This document shows positions 44,725 to 54,336 of a stretch of DNA of 64,000 bases, piece after piece. Each line of letters opens with the position of its first letter. The stretch's first letter is position 1. The notes beneath the pieces are model-generated. The model saw nothing but the letters and a program-made list of their open reading frames with translations. It did not search any database and was not told where the DNA came from. A program made the translations under genes and the position numbers. Source of the stretch: an uncultured Planctomycetota bacterium (GTDB lineage: Bacteria > Planctomycetota > Planctomycetia > Isosphaerales > Isosphaeraceae); NCBI GenBank assembly GCA_963823665.1, contig CAWGMQ010000006.1, positions 1,568,001 through 1,632,000 on the forward strand, written 5' to 3'.

Positions 44725-47294
44725 CCTGCATGCTCGAGCGTTCCGCATTCGATACGGCACTACTGGCGCTTGACCTGGGGCTTTCGCCCGGTGTGCCGAT
44801 GCAAGACGGATCGAAGAAACCGGACGGGGCATGGAAGCAATACCAGACGAATCCAGCGACCAAGGGCGAGCTCGAGTCATGGTATCGGGACGGCCGAACG
44901 GGGGTCGGCTTGTTCACGGGATACGGCGACGCCGAATGTTTCGAGTTCGATTGCCGCGCGACCTATGACGATTTCTTGGACGCGCACGGCGACGCCGGGT
45001 TAACGGAATTGGTCGATCGCATCCGGTCGAACTATGAGGAATCCTCGCCAGGCGGTGGCATTCACTGGCTGTATCGGTGCTCGGAACGGCGGGGGAACAC
45101 AAAGCTGGCTGAACGGCCGGCGCCAACCGAGAGCGACCCGCACAAGACGGACGCGCTGATTGAAACTCGCGGAGAAGGCGGTTTTATCATCATCGCGCCG
45201 AGTAACGGGACGGTGCATCCGAGCGGCGGTGCATACAAACTCTTGAGCGGCGCACTCGGAATCATGGCAGTCATCACGCCGGAGGAACGCGACGCGCTCT
45301 GGAATTTCGCCCGGACGTTCGATGAAAAGCCAGAGCAGGCGACGGCGAAGTCGGGACCGTCTGAATTCGTTCAACGAGCATGGGATGGTCCGGCACGAAC
45401 GGACGGCAAGAAACCAGGCGAAGCCTTCAACGAGCAAATGACCTGGGAGGACATTCTCGAGCCGCACGGATGGACGGTGGCGTTTCGTCGGGGCGATAAG
45501 ACCTGGTGGCGGCGACCCGGCAAAGATCGCGACTGGTCGGCAACAACGGGGCATTGCAAAGGGCTCAAGGTCTTTTCGTCGTCCACGCCGTTCAGCACTC
45601 AGGGCACATACACCAAGTTCGGCGCGCACGCGATCTTGAACCACGGTGGCGATTTCAAGCAATCGACGAAGGCACTCGCCGCGGCTGGATTTGGTGAACA
45701 GTCGAGCCAGACCACGAAATCAACCCAGCAATCGCAGCCGACAGCACCGTCCGCGCCGCCGGTGTTTGATGGCGATCCGAGGCCGATCACGATCGCATTG
45801 CATCCGGTGCCGGAGCTCGATCCGCGCATGATCCCGCCGGTGTTCAGGGCATGGCTCGAGGATATTGCAGAGTGCGCATGCCTTCCGCTCGCCTATCCCG
45901 CGGCGGCGCTGTTCGTTGCTCTCAGCGGTCTGATCGGCCGGCGGGTTGCGATCCGTCCCAAGCAATTCGATGACTGGCTTGTCGTGCCGAATCTCTGGGG
46001 TGCCATCGTCGGGCCGCCGGGTTTCTTGAAGACCCCGGCAGTCGAGGCCGTCATGCGTCCGCTCAAGCGGCTTGTGGCCGATGCAATGGCAGAGCACGCC
46101 GCAAAGGTGAAGGAGCATAACGAGCGCCAGCTTGTCGCGACGGCTCGAAGGAAGGCCGCGCAGAAGAACCTGGACGCGGCCGCCAAGAAACCAGACGCGA
46201 CGGAAGCGGACCTGCAAGCACTCGCCAAGATTGCCTTGGCAGACGACACAGAAGAAGAACCGACGTGCAAGCGGTATCTCGTGAACGATTTCACGATCGA
46301 AAAACTGGGTGAATTACTGGTCGAGAACCCGAACGGGTTGACAGTGTTCCGAGATGAGTTGACCGGGTTGCTCAATACGCTGAATCGTGAGGGTCACCAG
46401 AGCGACCGGGGTTTTCTTCTCGAATCGTGGAACGGCAACGGGTCTTACACGTTCGATCGGATCGGCCGGGGCACTCAGCACATACCGGCGGCATGCCTGG
46501 CGCTCTTCGGGACCATCCAGCCCGGACCGCTCGCCCGGTATATGCAAGGGACCATCAAGGGCGATGAGGCGGACGGGTTTATCCCGCGGTTCCAGGTGCT
46601 CGTCTATCCGGACCCGCCGGCAAGCTATGACTATGTTGACCGATGGCCGGACAACGTGGCGAAGAACCACGCTTACAAAGTCTTCAAGGCAATCGACGAA
46701 TTGAACGCGGCGGAGAAAGGATGCAAGGTCGACAGCGACAGCGGGTTTCCCGTCATCAATTTCACACCAGAGGCGCAAGCGTTTTTCAACGGGTGGTATA
46801 CCGACCTGCAACGGCGAATCCGAAGCGGCGAGTTGACGGATATCCTGGCGGCGCATCTTGCGAAGTATGGCTCTTTGATGCCGAGCCTCGCTTTGATCTT
46901 TTATCTCGCGAATGACTGCCAAGCGTTCCAGCTTGGTGGCGTTCCGCTCGAAGATGCGGAAATGGCGGCGGCGTGGTGTGAGTATCTCGAGCAACACGCG
47001 CGGCGGGTCTACCTGCTATGTGCCGATGGCGACGTATCGGTTGCCGGGTCCCTCGCAGAGCGGATCAAGGAATCGCTGCCTGACCCGTTCACGTATCGCC
47101 AGGTGGCACAGAAGGGATGGTCAGGCCTGGGGACGGTGGACGACGTGGAAAGGGCTGTAGGCATCCTGGAAGACCGCGAGTGGGTCAAGACGGTCGAGGT
47201 TAAGTCGGGCGATGCGGCCGGACGGGGCAGACCATCGGTGAAGGTGCACATCCACCCGAAGCTTCGATCCGCCGGCGAAGGGGTGTCGTCATGA
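44721..47294 (+). CDS. Bifunctional primase/polymerase fused to DUF3987 (YfjI-like) helicase-like domain
   Basis: WKQYQ, FEFD, SPGGGIHWLY, IETRGEGG..I.APS; then PNLWGAIVGPPGFLKTP, RDELTG, FGTIQP, DGFIPRF. Confidence 0.9.
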   Translation: MTCMLERSAFDTALLALDLGLSPGVPMQDGSKKPDGAWKQYQTNPATKGELESWYRDGRTGVGLFTGYGDAECFEFDCRATYDDFLDAHGDAGLTELVDRIRSNYEESSPGGGIHWLYRCSERRGNTKLAERPAPTESDPHKTDALIETRGEGGFIIIAPSNGTVHPSGGAYKLLSGALGIMAVITPEERDALWNFARTFDEKPEQATAKSGPSEFVQRAWDGPARTDGKKPGEAFNEQMTWEDILEPHGWTVAFRRGDKTWWRRPGKDRDWSATTGHCKGLKVFSSSTPFSTQGTYTKFGAHAILNHGGDFKQSTKALAAAGFGEQSSQTTKSTQQSQPTAPSAPPVFDGDPRPITIALHPVPELDPRMIPPVFRAWLEDIAECACLPLAYPAAALFVALSGLIGRRVAIRPKQFDDWLVVPNLWGAIVGPPGFLKTPAVEAVMRPLKRLVADAMAEHAAKVKEHNERQLVATARRKAAQKNLDAAAKKPDATEADLQALAKIALADDTEEEPTCKRYLVNDFTIEKLGELLVENPNGLTVFRDELTGLLNTLNREGHQSDRGFLLESWNGNGSYTFDRIGRGTQHIPAACLALFGTIQPGPLARYMQGTIKGDEADGFIPRFQVLVYPDPPASYDYVDRWPDNVAKNHAYKVFKAIDELNAAEKGCKVDSDSGFPVINFTPEAQAFFNGWYTDLQRRIRSGELTDILAAHLAKYGSLMPSLALIFYLANDCQAFQLGGVPLEDAEMAAAWCEYLEQHARRVYLLCADGDVSVAGSLAERIKESLPDPFTYRQVAQKGWSGLGTVDDVERAVGILEDREWVKTVEVKSGDAAGRGRPSVKVHIHPKLRSAGEGVSS

Positions 47295-47326
47295 AACACT
47301 TGGATGCACTCAATGCCAAGCGGGGT

Positions 47327-47537
47327 GTTTCTGTAGTTTCTGTAGGCAGTTCCGGACATAGATATGAAGAAAAAACGGACTATAAAATATCTTACTTACT
47401 TACCTTACCTACCTTACTAAATAACCACATAGGTGCGCGGATAGAAAAACTTACTCATTCCTTTGGCCAGGTGCCTACAGAAACTACGAAACCCGTCGCC
47501 AAATCGGAACGAATCGATTCTGTAGTTTTCGTAGGCA
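47327..47537. other. Putative replication origin (iterons plus AT-rich core)
   Basis: TTCTGTAGTTTCTGTAGGCA-like units at 47327, 47472 (inverted) and 47518 around an AT-rich CTTA/CCTTA tract, right after the primase. Confidence 0.65.
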
Positions 47538-47625
47538 AAACGTGGGAACAAGAGCAACTCGACTCCACTCCGGCGGCAGGGCGGAGTCGAGCAACCAAAC
47601 ACGCCGCAAAAGGAAGGCAAGCACC

Positions 47626-47862
47626 ATGAGGATCACTCTGAACAATCCGAGCAACGTCACACTGGGCCGATGTCTGGATGATGACGCTGTGAGCATCCAA
47701 TTCAAGGACGGCGACAACACGGTCGAAGTGTGGGTCGGCAACGTCCAGGCGCTGGGGCTCTCAGTCGCTTTGCGGGACTGGGCCAAGCGCTCGCAGGAGA
47801 ACGAGGCTCTGGCCATGTGCGATTACAAGATCGGCAACAGGGAACCCGCCGGTGTCTTCTGA
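47626..47862 (+). CDS. Hypothetical protein
   Basis: AGGAAGG upstream of the ATG; 78 aa. Confidence 0.5.
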   Translation: MRITLNNPSNVTLGRCLDDDAVSIQFKDGDNTVEVWVGNVQALGLSVALRDWAKRSQENEALAMCDYKIGNREPAGVF

Positions 47863-47942
47863 CGAACACACAGGGCATGCGGGCCAGCCCGGCGCTCAAG
47901 CCTACTTCCCTTGGGCGTCGGGCTGGGATGGGAGACGTGACG

Positions 47943-48164
47943 ATGGCCACAGCACCAACAGCAGCACACACCAGAGCCAGGCGGGCATACAGCCCGGTGG
48001 AGTCGAGCGAGCCGATGAGTGATGAGGATCTCTACCACAAGAAGCGGGAAGGGTGGGCGCTGGTTAGCCGGCACGAACGCATGGGTAGGAACATGACTAC
48101 CTACTGGGTGTACATCTTCGAGCGGGACCCGCGCGTGAAGACGGAGGCGCGAACGTCATGGTGA
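47943..48164 (+). CDS. Hypothetical protein
   Basis: GGAG upstream; REGWALVS...YIFER. Confidence 0.5.
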   Translation: MATAPTAAHTRARRAYSPVESSEPMSDEDLYHKKREGWALVSRHERMGRNMTTYWVYIFERDPRVKTEARTSW

Positions 48165-48447
48165 GCGCATGCAGTCGCGTGTTCAAGTGCAGACGGGGGT
48201 ATGGGGGGGTATGGCTAGGCTAGGCGGGGCGGGTCAACACCTAGAAGTTGTGCGCCGTAAACCGCAGGTGGCCAAATCCGTGCTTGCAATCAGGTTTTTG
48301 CTTCGTTGCCAGGATTCAGCCATGACACAACCCGATTAAACCCCGATTCTGACGCCCATACGCCTCGTGGAGACGTTTTCAGGGGCGAAACCACCTAACG
48401 GTCGGCTTGATCGATTACCGCCACGTGGACCATTTGAGGGACCCGCA

Positions 48448-48816
48448 ATGAGCACAGCCAAGAACCTGAAGATTCGACCGGCGAACCCGGACCCGCCATC
48501 CCACTTGTCCAACAAGGCCGCGGAAATGTGGCGCGCGATGGTCGCCGATTACCGCATGGCAGATGACTGCGTCGGGCTCGGCTTGCTTGAGGCCGCGCTA
48601 TCTGCCTTCGACCGGGCCGAGGAGGCGCGAGAGGTTCTTGACAGGGAAGGTCTGACCGTCAGCGGCGACCGCGGCGGGTCAAAAGCTCACCCGTTGTGTG
48701 CGGTCGAGCGCGACAACCGAGCAGCTTACATCGCGGGGATCAAGGCGCTCAGATTCGACGTCGTCGCAGCGCGGCCGGGACCTGGACGTCCAGCCGGCCC
48801 GGCGCGGAGGTACTGA
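48448..48816 (+). CDS. Phage terminase small subunit, P27 family-like
   Basis: PPSHLS..A..MW...LLE..L..FDR...A..VL.REGLTV..DRGG.KAHP...ERD.R. Confidence 0.85.
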   Translation: MSTAKNLKIRPANPDPPSHLSNKAAEMWRAMVADYRMADDCVGLGLLEAALSAFDRAEEAREVLDREGLTVSGDRGGSKAHPLCAVERDNRAAYIAGIKALRFDVVAARPGPGRPAGPARRY

Positions 48817-48818
48817 CC

Positions 48819-49253
48819 ATGTCAACCCAACGGTATCAATCCCGACGACCTGGGGGCGCGGCGGTGGAGCTGGATCGACTCGCCGAGTTCATGATTTTGG
48901 AAGCGCCCAATTCCGAGGGGCTGGACGAGGCGTTCGTCGCGGATTGGTGGGCGCAGAACGGCGAGCGCATCACCGAGGAGTGGATCGCCAGGCATCCCGG
49001 CTCGCGTCCGTGGCCGTGGTGGTGCTGGGATCACGGCAAGGAAAGGCCCGTCATCAACCCTGACCACGATCCCGCCTGCGATTTTGCCGTCAGGCGAGAT
49101 TCGTTTTTTGGCTTCGTTCACTCCGGAGTGTTTTCCGTCCAGCGCGGAGCGGACGGAAAGCTCTCTCATTCACCGTGGCAGGAACCCGAAGCAGACTACC
49201 TTGACCGCCGCGGTCTTTTGACGGAGACGGAACGGGAGCATTTTGACCTCTAA
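48819..49253 (+). CDS. Trp-rich hypothetical protein between terS and capsid gene
   Basis: GGAGG before the ATG; WIARHPGSRPWPWW and EADYLDRRGLLT..E. Confidence 0.7.
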   Translation: MSTQRYQSRRPGGAAVELDRLAEFMILEAPNSEGLDEAFVADWWAQNGERITEEWIARHPGSRPWPWWCWDHGKERPVINPDHDPACDFAVRRDSFFGFVHSGVFSVQRGADGKLSHSPWQEPEADYLDRRGLLTETEREHFDL

Positions 49254-49256
49254 CGC

Positions 49257-50612
49257 ATGAGTTTTCGATCACGTTTCAACCCTGATTTTCACCGAGAGAG
49301 GAAAACACCTATGAGTGCTTTGCAAACGAGAACCCGCCGGCGCGACACCATTCCCAAGGGCGGCGACCGGCTGGTTGACGACGAAATCGAGGACGCCTTC
49401 GGCGGAGACGGACCCAGCGACCCCGACCCGACGCAGCCCGACAATTCCAAGTTCGGCCAGCTTCCCGGATTGAAGGCGCTCTACGACGCTGCGAAGAAAG
49501 GCTACTTCTACAGCTTCGGCCGGGCGATCCACGGGGCTTTCAAGGCCGGACCGAACGGCACGCTTCCCGGACTCGAAGGCGAAGTCTCTCAGGAGATGTT
49601 GCTTCGCGCGCCCAATCAGCGGCGTGGTTACCGGGTGCCCTGGGTTTATCCGAGGCGTCCGGGCGAGCGCCGCGCCCTAACGTTGAGCGCCGGCGCAGGA
49701 AGCGTTACTCCGCAGCTTCAATCTCCCGTGGATGTTTTGCGCTCCAAGATGGTGTGCCAGCGGCTCGGCGCGAACGTCACCAACTTCACGGGCGAAGGAC
49801 CGCAAGGATTTATTCAAATCCCATTCAGATCGGCCGGCAGTACGGCGAGCTGGGTTGCCGAAAATGCGGCGCCGTCATCGTCCAGCAACGCCACGACGCA
49901 GGGGTGGGTCATGAAACCCAACACCGTCACGGCCTACTCGGACATCACGCGCCGGATGTTGACTCTCGGTCAGGAAGGATTTGAAGCCTACTCGCTCGCG
50001 GAGGTCATGCGATCAATCGCAGTCGAGGTCGATCGCGCGACGCTCAACGGCTCTGGTCAGAATTCGCAGCCCCTGGGAATCCTGCAAGACTTCCTGCCCA
50101 GCGTGACTCCCGCGGCTGGGCTGGGTGGTTCGATCGCCATCGCGGACTTGTACGAAATCGAGGCGACGCTTGGCCAGAATAACGGCGACGCGCCCGCCGA
50201 TTCTCGACTCGGCTGGGTCACCTCTCCCGCGGGCCGCAAGGCTCTGCGAAAAGTCGACCTGGGCGGCGCCACGGACACCGGGCACCCGGCGTGGTGGCCG
50301 AAAACCTACATCGTCGACAACAAGCCGGTCATTATCGAGGAATTGATCGGATGGCCGGCCCTTTCGACGTGTTCGGTGCCTGCCAACCTGAACGCTTCAA
50401 ACTACACGACGCTCGCTCTGGGTAATTGGAACGATGTGATCATCAATTTATGGGATGGCTTCGATTTCAACGCCATGCCCGCCACGGTAGTTAACCCCTT
50501 CCTTCAGAGCGTTTCGGGTGTCGTGCGCGTAAGTTGCTTTGTTGACGCCGACGTGTTGCTTGTTCGACCGGGTTCATTCTGTCTCTGCGCCGGCTGGGCG
50601 GCGCCGTACTGA
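49257..50612 (+). CDS. HK97-fold major capsid protein (probable start 49311)
   Basis: YSFGRAI..EVSQE, ASWVAEN..P, TVTAYSDITRRML, IAVEVDRATLNGSG..QPLGIL, GNW, VNPF. Confidence 0.88.
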   Translation: MSFRSRFNPDFHRERKTPMSALQTRTRRRDTIPKGGDRLVDDEIEDAFGGDGPSDPDPTQPDNSKFGQLPGLKALYDAAKKGYFYSFGRAIHGAFKAGPNGTLPGLEGEVSQEMLLRAPNQRRGYRVPWVYPRRPGERRALTLSAGAGSVTPQLQSPVDVLRSKMVCQRLGANVTNFTGEGPQGFIQIPFRSAGSTASWVAENAAPSSSSNATTQGWVMKPNTVTAYSDITRRMLTLGQEGFEAYSLAEVMRSIAVEVDRATLNGSGQNSQPLGILQDFLPSVTPAAGLGGSIAIADLYEIEATLGQNNGDAPADSRLGWVTSPAGRKALRKVDLGGATDTGHPAWWPKTYIVDNKPVIIEELIGWPALSTCSVPANLNASNYTTLALGNWNDVIINLWDGFDFNAMPATVVNPFLQSVSGVVRVSCFVDADVLLVRPGSFCLCAGWAAPY

Positions 50613-50651
50613 TTCCTTTTCCTGATCGCAACCTTTTCGGAGACTCTCATC

Positions 50652-51189
50652 ATGACGGAAGCGGAAGAACAAGCGATGTTCGACAAGATGGTGGCACTGC
50701 GGGCCTGCGCCGCCTTGCAGGGTCCGTTTGACCGATCGCTGCAAGGGATTCCTGCGCGGACTCGTTTGGAAAACGACCGGCGACGAAGTGGAGCTCTCGG
50801 TACCCGAGGCGCAGGCACTGTGCGACAAGGGGCACGCCGAACCAGTCGGGCCGGCGGCTTGGTTCAAGAAATTCGTGGCTGCGATAAGGCCAGCACCCGA
50901 GGGACCGCCACGGCTCGACAAGCCAGGCCCGGGCCGAAGTTATCGAGGCCGAATGCGTCCAGGGAAGTCGTACTGGTACGCCGCCGGGCTCGAGTCCTAC
51001 GGTGACGATCGAGATATCTGGATCGACGAGGATACCGCGCGGGTGCTTGCGAATGCTCGCCAGTTTCAGCCGATCGAACCCAACTATATCCCGCCGGCGC
51101 CGGAAACGCCGGTCAAGCCAACCTGGCCGACGAATCAGTGGGGTTGCTCACCGATGGTCGGGCCGCCGCTTGGGCAACCTGAACACTGA
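50652..51189 (+). CDS. Hypothetical protein after capsid gene (probable frameshift ~50735)
   Basis: GGAG start at 50652; two GD.VE/I...A..L motifs reminiscent of small capsid-adjacent phage proteins. Confidence 0.5.
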
Positions 51190-51297
51190 ACCATCCGGGA
51201 CCGGCTCGGCGGTGGCCACGGGCTTAACCCTTTCGGCTCGTGGCGCCGTCGGGCCGGACCTGGATTCACATGAACGCTTTTCATAAAGGTCACGATC

Positions 51298-51465
51298 ATG
51301 ACTCAGACCACGAAAACCATCGAGTCAGCGACCAAGACTCCCGCACAACCGGCCGCTGCAATCCGATACCCGCTGTGCAGGTGCGGCAAGTCGTCGAGTC
51401 ACACGGCAAACAGACCCGGCGACGAAATCGTCGGCACATGCTCGGAGTGCGAGGCGAAAAAATGA
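51298..51465 (+). CDS. 55-aa Cys-containing microprotein (not in the ORF track)
   Basis: AAGG upstream; MTQTTK...LCRCGK...TCSECEAKK*. Confidence 0.5.
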   Translation: MTQTTKTIESATKTPAQPAAAIRYPLCRCGKSSSHTANRPGDEIVGTCSECEAKK

Positions 51466-51611
51466 ATCCCACCAGGCCGGCGAGAGGGTGTAAGGAGAAT
51501 GAACAAAGCGGACAAATGTTGCCAACGTCCGTTTGCCCTGATCGCCGCGCCTGGACTTTCACACGAACAACCAGAGGACACAGGCCATGAGTCAAACAGC
51601 GAACGCGGAGC

Positions 51612-51965
51612 TTGCCAGGGCGGCTCCAGTCGGCAATCTCGAGCGATCCCACATGCCGGGTGTGCCGCAAGAGAACAGCGACGGAGTTCGAGTCGAGCGG
51701 CGGAAAAATCACGGCGATTGTGTGCGCCGAGTGCTCGGAAGACATTCAGGAAACCAGAGCTCTCGCCAACGGCTCATGCGAAGCGCGTAGGGACATGCTT
51801 CGCCACCAGACCGCGTTCAGAGCGGCGAAAGTATGCAGCGTCTGCCGGACCGGCAAGCCCGCGGGAACGACGACGAATGACTACGGCGGCATTATCGTCA
51901 CGTGTAAATCGTGCCAGGAGAAAGCCCGGACGAGGGAAAGGGCTATGAGGTTATCGCGTGCGTGA
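51612..51965 (+). CDS. Double zinc-ribbon protein (start uncertain)
   Basis: CRVC, CAEC, CSVC, CKSC. Confidence 0.6.
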   Translation: MPGRLQSAISSDPTCRVCRKRTATEFESSGGKITAIVCAECSEDIQETRALANGSCEARRDMLRHQTAFRAAKVCSVCRTGKPAGTTTNDYGGIIVTCKSCQEKARTRERAMRLSRA

Positions 51966-52206
51966 CTACGCCGAAATCAACGCCGACATGCAGGAAGCGC
52001 GTCGGAAACTGCAAGAGATCGACATGCAGCTCTCGCAGCTCTCGGCGACGGCGCGGAACAGCCCTTTCGGCCGAGAGTTTGGCGGCTACCGTGAACAGCT
52101 CTTGGCGAAACTTCGGGACCTGCGCGCCGAATTGCTGGCAACGGCAGAGGACGAGTCGAAGTGCCGGCGAGAGGGAACGTTCAAAAGAGTCGAGGGGGCG
52201 GCATGA
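51958..52206 (+). CDS. Small coiled-coil hypothetical protein
   Basis: Overlaps its neighbours in operon fashion; heptad-like Leu pattern. Confidence 0.5.
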   Translation: MRDYAEINADMQEARRKLQEIDMQLSQLSATARNSPFGREFGGYREQLLAKLRDLRAELLATAEDESKCRREGTFKRVEGAA

Positions 52207-52366
52207 TCAACCAGAAGTCACCACATCAACCCGAGGCCCGACGAACAATCGCCTATGACGCTCGCAAGTCACAGGCCGCGCGTGGGCTCGGATCAACTCC
52301 ACCAGAGCGACCGCCGCTAAAAGAGCGCCTCGAGCGGCTTCGCCACAAACAGGAAACCGGCAAATC

Positions 52367-52564
52367 ATGATGCAACTGTACCCGCCACTCAGCGTTGAGA
52401 TCATTGGCAAGGGACCTGCTCTCGCGGTCGGCGCGATCGACCACGGGGCAGGCCACGAATTGACGTTGGTGGTGATCGCCAAGGCAGACGGGGCGATCAC
52501 AGCGGAGCCGATATCGAAGCTCAGAGGCGCCGGGGTTTACGTGACGGGCGAGCAAAAACCATAA
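52367..52564 (+). CDS. Hypothetical protein
   Basis: AGGA upstream; ATGA overlap with the preceding small ORF ending 52370. Confidence 0.5.
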   Translation: MMQLYPPLSVEIIGKGPALAVGAIDHGAGHELTLVVIAKADGAITAEPISKLRGAGVYVTGEQKP

Positions 52565-52654
52565 AATCCCGAATATCTATCGGGTGCTTATGGGTTTGCA
52601 GCCTCAAAAACATGGGGAAAATCGGGGTCGAGTAGCTTCTGAGGAACCTGGACG

Positions 52655-52864
52655 GTGACGATGCGAATAAAATCGAAACAACAGCCGAGGCCCGAGGCGC
52701 CGACGCCGGACCCGCGCGGGGACTTCGGGCCACGTTGTGACGACTGTCAGGCAGTGACGACTATTCGGGCCAGCGACGCCGGACCGGTCGCGGTGTGTCA
52801 GTGTGGGGCGGTGAAAGCCCTGCGGCGGCGGGGTGGGTTGCGTCGTCCAGACGCCTCGCCATGA
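52655..52864 (+). CDS. Small zinc-ribbon protein
   Basis: CDDC...CQCG. Confidence 0.45.
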   Translation: MTMRIKSKQQPRPEAPTPDPRGDFGPRCDDCQAVTTIRASDAGPVAVCQCGAVKALRRRGGLRRPDASP

Positions 52865-53058
52865 GGCCCGAGGCGCTTCGGTCGAGGGATTCGGCGGGCG
52901 CGCTATCGCATCGCAGGGGATTGGGACATTTGTCGTTCGCGGTGTTATACTAATGAGCAGTGTGCGCCCAGATAGGCGGTTGCAAAATTTGCCGAGTCAC
53001 GTAACATCACTTAGGGTCTAACGAAGTTGTTTCTAACTAATCTATTCGGAGTGCCTCG

Positions 53059-53727
53059 ATGTCGAAAGACTCCGACTTATTCGGTGTTGTCGTAATCGGG
53101 GCAATGAACCCGCGAATTCATCATCCGGCGTGGTACCAGTTGGTAAAACTGATTAGCGGCCAAGAAGCAGAACATGCCACCCAAACGCAGCCAGTCGTGT
53201 GTACTCCAGCGTATTCCCAATTCGGACTGGGCGAGATCGATATCAAGTGTCTACCCGACCGATGGGACATAACAACCCGATCGAGCGCGAACATCGATCG
53301 AATCCGCGAAATCGCACAACGGCTGTTCGACGATGTGCTCCTGCACACTCCGGTAAACATCGTGGCGCTAAATTTCGAGTACGTCCGTCAGGTTTCCGGT
53401 GCAAACGCAACGGAGATTATCGCTCGGAAGTTGAACGTCGCGGCCGGGGAGTTGGGCCTGGGCAATGCGGAGGCGGGTGATCTTTTTCTAAAGCGAGCCC
53501 TTGTGACGAACGAATCCGTGCAAGGAATCGCGACTGTCATAGTACGGACTGCGGACAGCTCGGATATGTTCGGGCTTTCTTGCAATTATCAATATACGAT
53601 AAGGCTTAGCGACGGACTGTTTCGGTTCGACGCGTTTCTGCCCGAATATGCACAGCGTGACCGAGTTGACGCGGAACAATCACTAGCGCGACTGACATCC
53701 GCGATAGCTTCCGCGCGAAAGGACTAA
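53059..53727 (+). CDS. Cargo gene 1, TIGR04255-like hypothetical
   Basis: VVVIGAMNPRI.HP.W...LHTPV...LNF; GGAG before the start; more AT-rich than flanks. Confidence 0.65.
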   Translation: MSKDSDLFGVVVIGAMNPRIHHPAWYQLVKLISGQEAEHATQTQPVVCTPAYSQFGLGEIDIKCLPDRWDITTRSSANIDRIREIAQRLFDDVLLHTPVNIVALNFEYVRQVSGANATEIIARKLNVAAGELGLGNAEAGDLFLKRALVTNESVQGIATVIVRTADSSDMFGLSCNYQYTIRLSDGLFRFDAFLPEYAQRDRVDAEQSLARLTSAIASARKD

Positions 53728-53730
53728 CCC

Positions 53731-54336
53731 GTGGCCATTGCGATCCAAATGCCGACATCTTTGAAGAACGAAAATCTTTTCGCCGAAACAATGGATACTT
53801 GGCAGTCAATCGAGACGGCTCTCGTGGACTGCTGGCGCATGTTCGGCGGCGCTCCAGTCTCGCCAGCGATCTCGGTGCAGGGAGCGCTGGAACGGAGCGC
53901 GGACCAAGCCCAAATCCTCCACGACCACGCCTTACGTTTGTCCGGTAGGCTTATGGTTCACAAACAATTGGAGCGAGTGCGGCGACTGCGGCAAAACTGG
54001 GACGGCGACGGTGCCGATCCGATCAACCCGGCGATCATCGCAACAGCCAGCCGATTCCTTGCTAAGTTCGGAGACAGCTTTCGCACTTCGCCGCGCGTCG
54101 TTCCAATGACAATGGGTCGAGTTCAATTGGAATGGCATCGGGGCAACCGTTCGCTGGAAATCGAATTTGAGACGCCTGAACTTGTACACTATCTGAAGTG
54201 GGATAGCGACGAGGCCATCGAAGAGGAAGAACTTATCCCTGCTTCGTCGGAAGTCGCTATTAGAAATCTACTGTTGTGGTTCTCCTCGGAGAAGAGGAAT
54301 GCCGATCCCGCCGGACGCAGGTCCACAAGTGCCTGA
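53731..54336 (+). CDS. Cargo gene 2, NWDGxGA-motif hypothetical
   Basis: L..NWDGDGADPI...PRVVP...GRVQLEW.....LEIEF; starts 3 nt after gene 1. Confidence 0.7.
   Translation: MAIAIQMPTSLKNENLFAETMDTWQSIETALVDCWRMFGGAPVSPAISVQGALERSADQAQILHDHALRLSGRLMVHKQLERVRRLRQNWDGDGADPINPAIIATASRFLAKFGDSFRTSPRVVPMTMGRVQLEWHRGNRSLEIEFETPELVHYLKWDSDEAIEEEELIPASSEVAIRNLLLWFSSEKRNADPAGRRSTSA

Noticed and set aside
47291..47629. 112-aa ORF after the primase
   Set aside because: It overlaps the iteron/AT-rich region and its repeated peptide pattern reflects the DNA repeats, although the ATGA coupling means it cannot be fully excluded.
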